In this document: one piece after another, positions 59,263 through 64,000 of the stretch
How the letters are laid out: each line of letters begins with the position of its first letter
Numbering within the stretch: the stretch's first letter is position 1
Assembly: GCA_905178155.1 (NCBI GenBank)
Contig: CAJINV010000011.1
Location: 1,819,216-1,883,215, forward strand
Direction of reading: 5' to 3'
DNA from: Amoebophrya sp. A120
Taxonomy: Eukaryota > Protista > Dinoflagellata
DNA length: 64,000 bases
Program-made: the position numbers and the translations under genes
Notes under the pieces: model-generated
What the model saw: the letters and a program-made list of their open reading frames with translations, nothing else
Told to the model about the DNA's origin: nothing
The model's database searches: none

Positions 59263-61406
59263 TTATTCTTGGTCCCGCATGTACACTTTCAAAAACCCGG
59301 TGATGTTACCTCTACAGACCGGACACCGTTTCTGGAAGTCATCGATCATGAAGTAGTCGATCATCAAGTAGTCGGCGCAACTCTCGCAGAATGGCGCGTG
59401 TCCGCACGGATTGACTGCGAAAATCGGAGGACGACATGGTTCGTAACACACGTGGCACTCGGGCTCGCTTTTTGCGCGCTGCAGCTCCACTTGGACCCCA
59501 ATTTGCGCACAGAGATCCACGCAACGGCCCGCAACCGAAGAAATATCGGACTCCATTCCGGCTTGGGGGTCGCCCAAACTGCCTCCCACGCGACTGTCCC
59601 TCTGCCGCCGGCGGATGAAGTGAGCCACGTAGGCTGCTATCGCATTCCGGCCGAGCATGCGGACGGTCTCTGCTGGATTGTCGCCCAATAACATCTTAGC
59701 AACCTGCTCCACGTGGATCGCTTCTTCCTCGGGCGCCTCAGCAGTACGTGCGTCGAGATTGGCCTCGTAACACTCGAGATATGGATTGCAAATATATCTG
59801 GGTCTGGAAATTTGTAATGCTTGTGCGAAGCCAAACTGGCTGTCGAGTTTGTTTGTATAATGCATCTTGCGCAAGAGCAAGATGACCTTCGCTTGTTTGT
59901 ACTTATCGCAAGAACGCGATTTCTCTCTCGGAATACGCACATTCACGGAGCAAACAAACTTTGTTATGCTTGCCTGCGAAGTGTGGGTATGCTGTTGCAT
60001 TGGCCTTGGCGATCATCCGAGATTTAGCATTACAACTTCCCAGATCCGGACATCTTTGCAGTGGATACGAGCAGGTCCTTCACGATGTCACCACTAGAGT
60101 CCGAATCTGTGTTTCGTACAGCAGCCGAGAGTGCGGTTTCGCCCGTCCCACTCGTCTCGTCGAACTGAATCTCTTTGTCGTGCGGTCTGTGTCCACGACT
60201 TGTTAATTTGCCCGACTCATGCCATCTACGCAGCGTTCCTGAAGTGAGGTTTTTCACTGCTGCCGCTGCGTGCGGGAGTCCGCAGGATGTGGCGTAAGCC
60301 AGCATTGTGTGGACCGGCTCGCTCTTGATGGTGTTGAGGAGCAACTGCACCACTTCACGCCGCCCGCTGAGCACGGCTGCAACAAGCGGCGTCACTTGCT
60401 TGGGCCCGTGTTTGGCATTCAGGTTTACAATTTTTCGCAACCCCCAGGGCTTTTCGCCGGGTCCTAGGGGACGCACAAAAAACTTTTCAGCAGAAAATTC
60501 TTTCCTGCGTTTCTCCATGAGCGAATTTCGTCTCTCTGCCAACATCAGGCAAATCGAATTCGCCGAAGGCGGGTTGCTGGTGTTGCTGTTGCTGGAGCGA
60601 TTAATGTCCTGGAGCGAACCGCTGGGTGGGTCACGCACGCCTTCTCCGGAACGTGTTTGTTTGAAGAGTTTGTTCCACGGACGGACTGGAGCGAGCGCCT
60701 CACTGTCAAGCTGGGCTAGATGAGCGGAGCTGGAGTGCGCGCTCGATGAATGGCGGATACGGAAACGCAGGTCTTCCGCTTGCTCAGAAAGTATTTGTTT
60801 GTAATGCTGGCGGCGATTTTGCTCGTTTTCGAAGACGACCGGATCCAAATCGAGGAGCTCGATCAGGCGCAGGTAATCGGTTCCAGAGGACTCGACTGTT
60901 CCGTCACCCGCACACAGCTCATACAATTCTCGTTCGAGTTGTCGTTCTGCGGAAACTCCAACGTAGTTTTCCATGCATTTGAAGACGCGACTCCAGCTAA
61001 TGCCGCGCTCCGAGTTGTCGCTTTCAGAGTCGGTTACGAGAGCGCTGCTGCTGCGGGTGGGCGGGGCGAAGGTGCAGGAGCCGGCGGCTCGTCCTCTCGT
61101 CGGACGAGTGTAGCCCGGGAATAGGCCCAAGGGCGGTGGCTTCTTACCGTCAGAGGTGATGTCATGCCGTTGCAGCATGTGCAATTCGAGGCATTTACGC
61201 GCGTCGACGCGAAAGAACGCTTCGGGCCGAAAGCACCGGCTGCACTGCGGACAAGTAGCCTGATCCGACTCGTACGCGACTGGCCGGTAGCACTGCATCC
61301 CGGGTCGACGCCTTAATAGTCCTCCGCCCGCGGGTGCACTGGAGGCGTCCGTCGGCGACGGTTCCGGAGGCTGCCTGCGAAGCCCCTTCGACTGCCTTTG
61401 CCCCAT
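59263..61406 (-). CDS. Ankyrin-like repeat + C-terminal C3HC4 RING protein (paralog 2), putative E3 ligase
   Basis: MGQRQSK start; CPQC...HMLQRH; TPLVAAV; GETALSAAV; CHVC...PCGHAPFCESC...CPVCR. Extensive similarity to paralog 1. Confidence 0.85.
59780..60067. mobile_element. TIR introner in RING paralog 2
   Basis: tatggattgcaaatatatctgggtctggaaa ... ttcccagatccggacatctttgcagtggata; TSD cgaga/cgagc; removal gives KDLLECYEANL. Confidence 0.9.
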
Positions 61407-62592
61407 ATTGAAACACAAAAATCGCTTGCCTTTATGTTTATTCTACCGACAAAATTATTATTTTACAGTTGTTCGTTAGTGCTCGCAATTGGCAATTTTT
61501 TTTTTTTCAGCAACTGCAACGAAAAATAACAAATACAAAAACTGTACGACGAGAGACACGAATTAAGGTGGGGTTTTTATTCGGTCGACTTATCTAGTAA
61601 TCGGGATTCCAAAAAAAACCTGTCCTTGCGTATTCATTCATGATGTGCTCGAAATCAAATTGGAAATCGGAAATAAATTTACGCATTTTTTCAACTCTCG
61701 ATGTCGGCGAGCGAAACGAAAAGGACAACGACATGATGTTCGATAAGTGTCAAGATTTGGGGAAATTGCACTCAAGCAAAAAAACACACAGACACGAAAA
61801 CATGGCACGAGTGCCACGACCAATTTTACCTAGTTTGAATGAATGGATGAGAAAGAACCGACCGAACTTTGAATTTTGCAGCCTTTTTTGTTTTTGTTTT
61901 GGGTGGATTTCAATTTCGCGGTAAAATGAAGGTTAAACTCAACAAAAAACAATAAACAGACCGTAGATTGTCGGTGTACGCGAAGCTTGTGGCAACACAA
62001 AAAGCAGCACCTGCTTTTCAGTGTCGTTGCTGCGTGGTGCGATCCCTCTCAGAAGCAAAAGTCAAATTCTGCCCTCGCTCTATAAAATGTATGTCATGAA
62101 GCACGAGCGAAATGTGGTGCGCCCCGGCTGCAGCAACTATCTTGTTTTTCTTTGTCGTTCCCCCCATCGAACGACGCGACTAGCACGTTTTCCGCTAAAT
62201 GTGCAGACACAACGAGGGCAACTCGAACTCTCGAACAACAAAAAGTAGGGCCGACCCCCACGATTGATCATTCCATCGATCGAATGAAGCGACTACTCAC
62301 AGAAACAGCGTAAAGAAAGTAGAGATGGATTGAAATCCGTTATGTGAAGTTCTATTTCATGAAAACAACTTTCGTCTTGGTGCAACGGCACGACAACGAC
62401 GATTATTTTTTTACGCCGCGTTCATGAAAGACCAAAATAAAAATTATTCAATTCGTCTTGCAGGGGATTGTATCTAATCACAAGTTGTCGTACTTCTACT
62501 TGCACATCCACATGTACATGATGCATATGTTTACAAAATCTAATTAAATTTTCGCGTGAAATCTGAAATCTGAAGTGCCTTTATCAAGCACT

Positions 62593-63977
62593 TCAACAAT
62601 CACCAAGCAGCCGATCCCGTATCCCTTGCACGGTGGCTCGGTACTCCGGCACGGCTGACGGCTATCGACTGCAAATATGTCATCTGGGTCGTCTGGAATT
62701 GGTAGATCGGGAGAGTTTATTTCTGATGTCAGGCAAATTGTACAATGACCCGGAATGGTGGTCTCGGTGATGCATGCTCTAGCATTAGCATTAGCATTAG
62801 CATTACAGGATTTGGATTTGCGAAGATCTTGCATGAGGATAAATGCTTTCTCCGGACAGCAAATATTTATCAGAGCGCCCAGGACCAAAGAGCATATTTG
62901 CAATGCATAACAGCATGTCCCCTGCTATAGTCCCGGTTTCAAAATCCACGTCGTGGCGCCCTTTTAGCGTTTCTACGTCTATTTGCAGCAGGTTCCCTAG
63001 CGACCGGAAGGCCGCTTCCTCCGTCCGCGGTGCTGCGCTTGTTCGTTTGTCCTCTGCCCCCTCGAGAAAATGCGTAAACCAGGAATCCACATTCTCCTCC
63101 TGCGCAGCGTGCTGTGTGGGGGTCCCGAAAAGCGGGCTTTCCTCTTCCGTGTGCATCACGTAGGCGGAACGGTCGAGGAGGTAGATCCGCTATCCTGTGT
63201 AAATAAAGCGCCCCCGCGACCCCAAAGCCAGCACGATGTGATAATTCTATATCTGCTAGGTAAGTCCACAAGTTTATTTGCGATTGGCGCATGACGGATT
63301 GATGAGATGCAGATTTTCAGATTTGCATGACAAAACTCTGGGGTCGTGGGGGGCGTTTTTACTTCTCTGGATCATATCCGCAAAATGCACATCCCCACCG
63401 CAAAGCTGTCCGTTTGTCGTGGGTAATAGTGCGCCCTGAGCACAAGTTCCGGAGCACAGTACGTGGCGCGCCCGCACCCTGCGTCCTGCGAACACGAGAA
63501 GAGCCGGTCTTGAGGCAGTGTCGTTGTAGTAGTATGCCCCCCTTGGTCTTCTACTTCCTGGTGCTCCTCCTGACCCTCAGAACTACTACAAGGAGAAAAA
63601 TTATTTTCGTCGTCCGCAGGGTTCGTGTCGCAGAACCCTAGCCGCCCCTCCGCCCCCTCCGGTCGTTCGGCTCTGGAAGATGAACCGCTGCTGCATTCCG
63701 AAGATGTTGCGGCAACACAGGGAAGCTGAGTCCTCGTCGGAAATAAATTGCTCTCGTCACGACAAGAACTTGTGGCAGCTGCCAGGTCGTGATTGCAGCG
63801 GCAATTTAATAAGACCGCAGGCGAGTTCTCTACCAATGAGCTGAAGTTATATGGTGGCGCGGGAGCGGGCTGGAGTTCGAAGCAGCCCGGAGTCATTTTC
63901 TGCTGCAAAAATGCGTCCTCGGCTGGTTCTCGTGGCGGAGCTCCCGTGGCCGAGGCGGCCTGGAGTTGTCCTGTCAA
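62593..63977 (-). CDS. Hypothetical protein, 3' part (start probably beyond the window)
   Basis: Three exons join in frame after removing two introners: ...ATYCAPEL...DSFAVGMCILRIYLLDR...GDMLSAVPEYR...GDC*. YCAPE and DSFAVG resemble kinase subdomains VIII-IX. Confidence 0.6.
62663..62909. mobile_element. TIR introner (degenerate) with an internal (TAGCAT)4 run
   Basis: tatcgactgcaaatatgtc ... gagcatatttgcaatgcata; TSD acggc/acagc. Confidence 0.82.
63191..63376. mobile_element. TIR introner
   Basis: tatcctgtgtaaataaagcgcccccgcgacccca ... tggggtcgtggggggcgtttttacttctctggatcata; TSD tccgc; removal gives ILRIYLL. Confidence 0.88.
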
Positions 63978-64000
63978 GCCGACACAATTATCGTCCTGCT

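Noticed and set aside
62780-62805. Telomere-like hexamer run (TAGCAT)4
   Set aside because: It is a short microsatellite inside an introner and does not match a TTTAGGG/TTAGGG telomere repeat.
1-64000. Dinoflagellate spliced-leader relics, tRNA or rRNA genes
   Set aside because: No convincing match was recognised by eye; not computationally excluded.

Overview
This is a eukaryotic (protist) window, and every gene I could identify lies on the minus strand. The layout matches what is published for the parasitic dinoflagellate Amoebophrya (Syndiniales); that organism call is an inference. (1) Positions 1-~13.3 kb hold the 5' part of an axonemal inner-arm dynein heavy chain (DNAH1-like; tail to AAA4), split by ~26 introns. 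(2) About 16 of those introns, plus 7 in other genes, are introner-like insertions of ~150-320 bp. They have terminal inverted repeats that begin TAT and end ATA, a 5-bp target-site duplication (TSD), several TIR families and a shared internal motif TGT(A/C/G)ATGC. Removing the element plus one TSD restores the reading frame, mostly without GT-AG ends. (3) Positions 15005-22121 hold an apparently intact two-ORF Penelope-like retroelement (GIY-YIG endonuclease N-terminal to the RT) between two 494-bp near-identical direct repeats, with a TGATCAA junction duplication. (4) The rest holds an EXD-type 3'-5' exonuclease, a Tim23-like gene, a kinase-like gene, two tandem ankyrin-RING paralogs with paralog-specific introners, several orphan genes, dispersed GC-rich repeats, and three tandem-repeat arrays. 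All boundaries were read by eye, with no alignment or database search.
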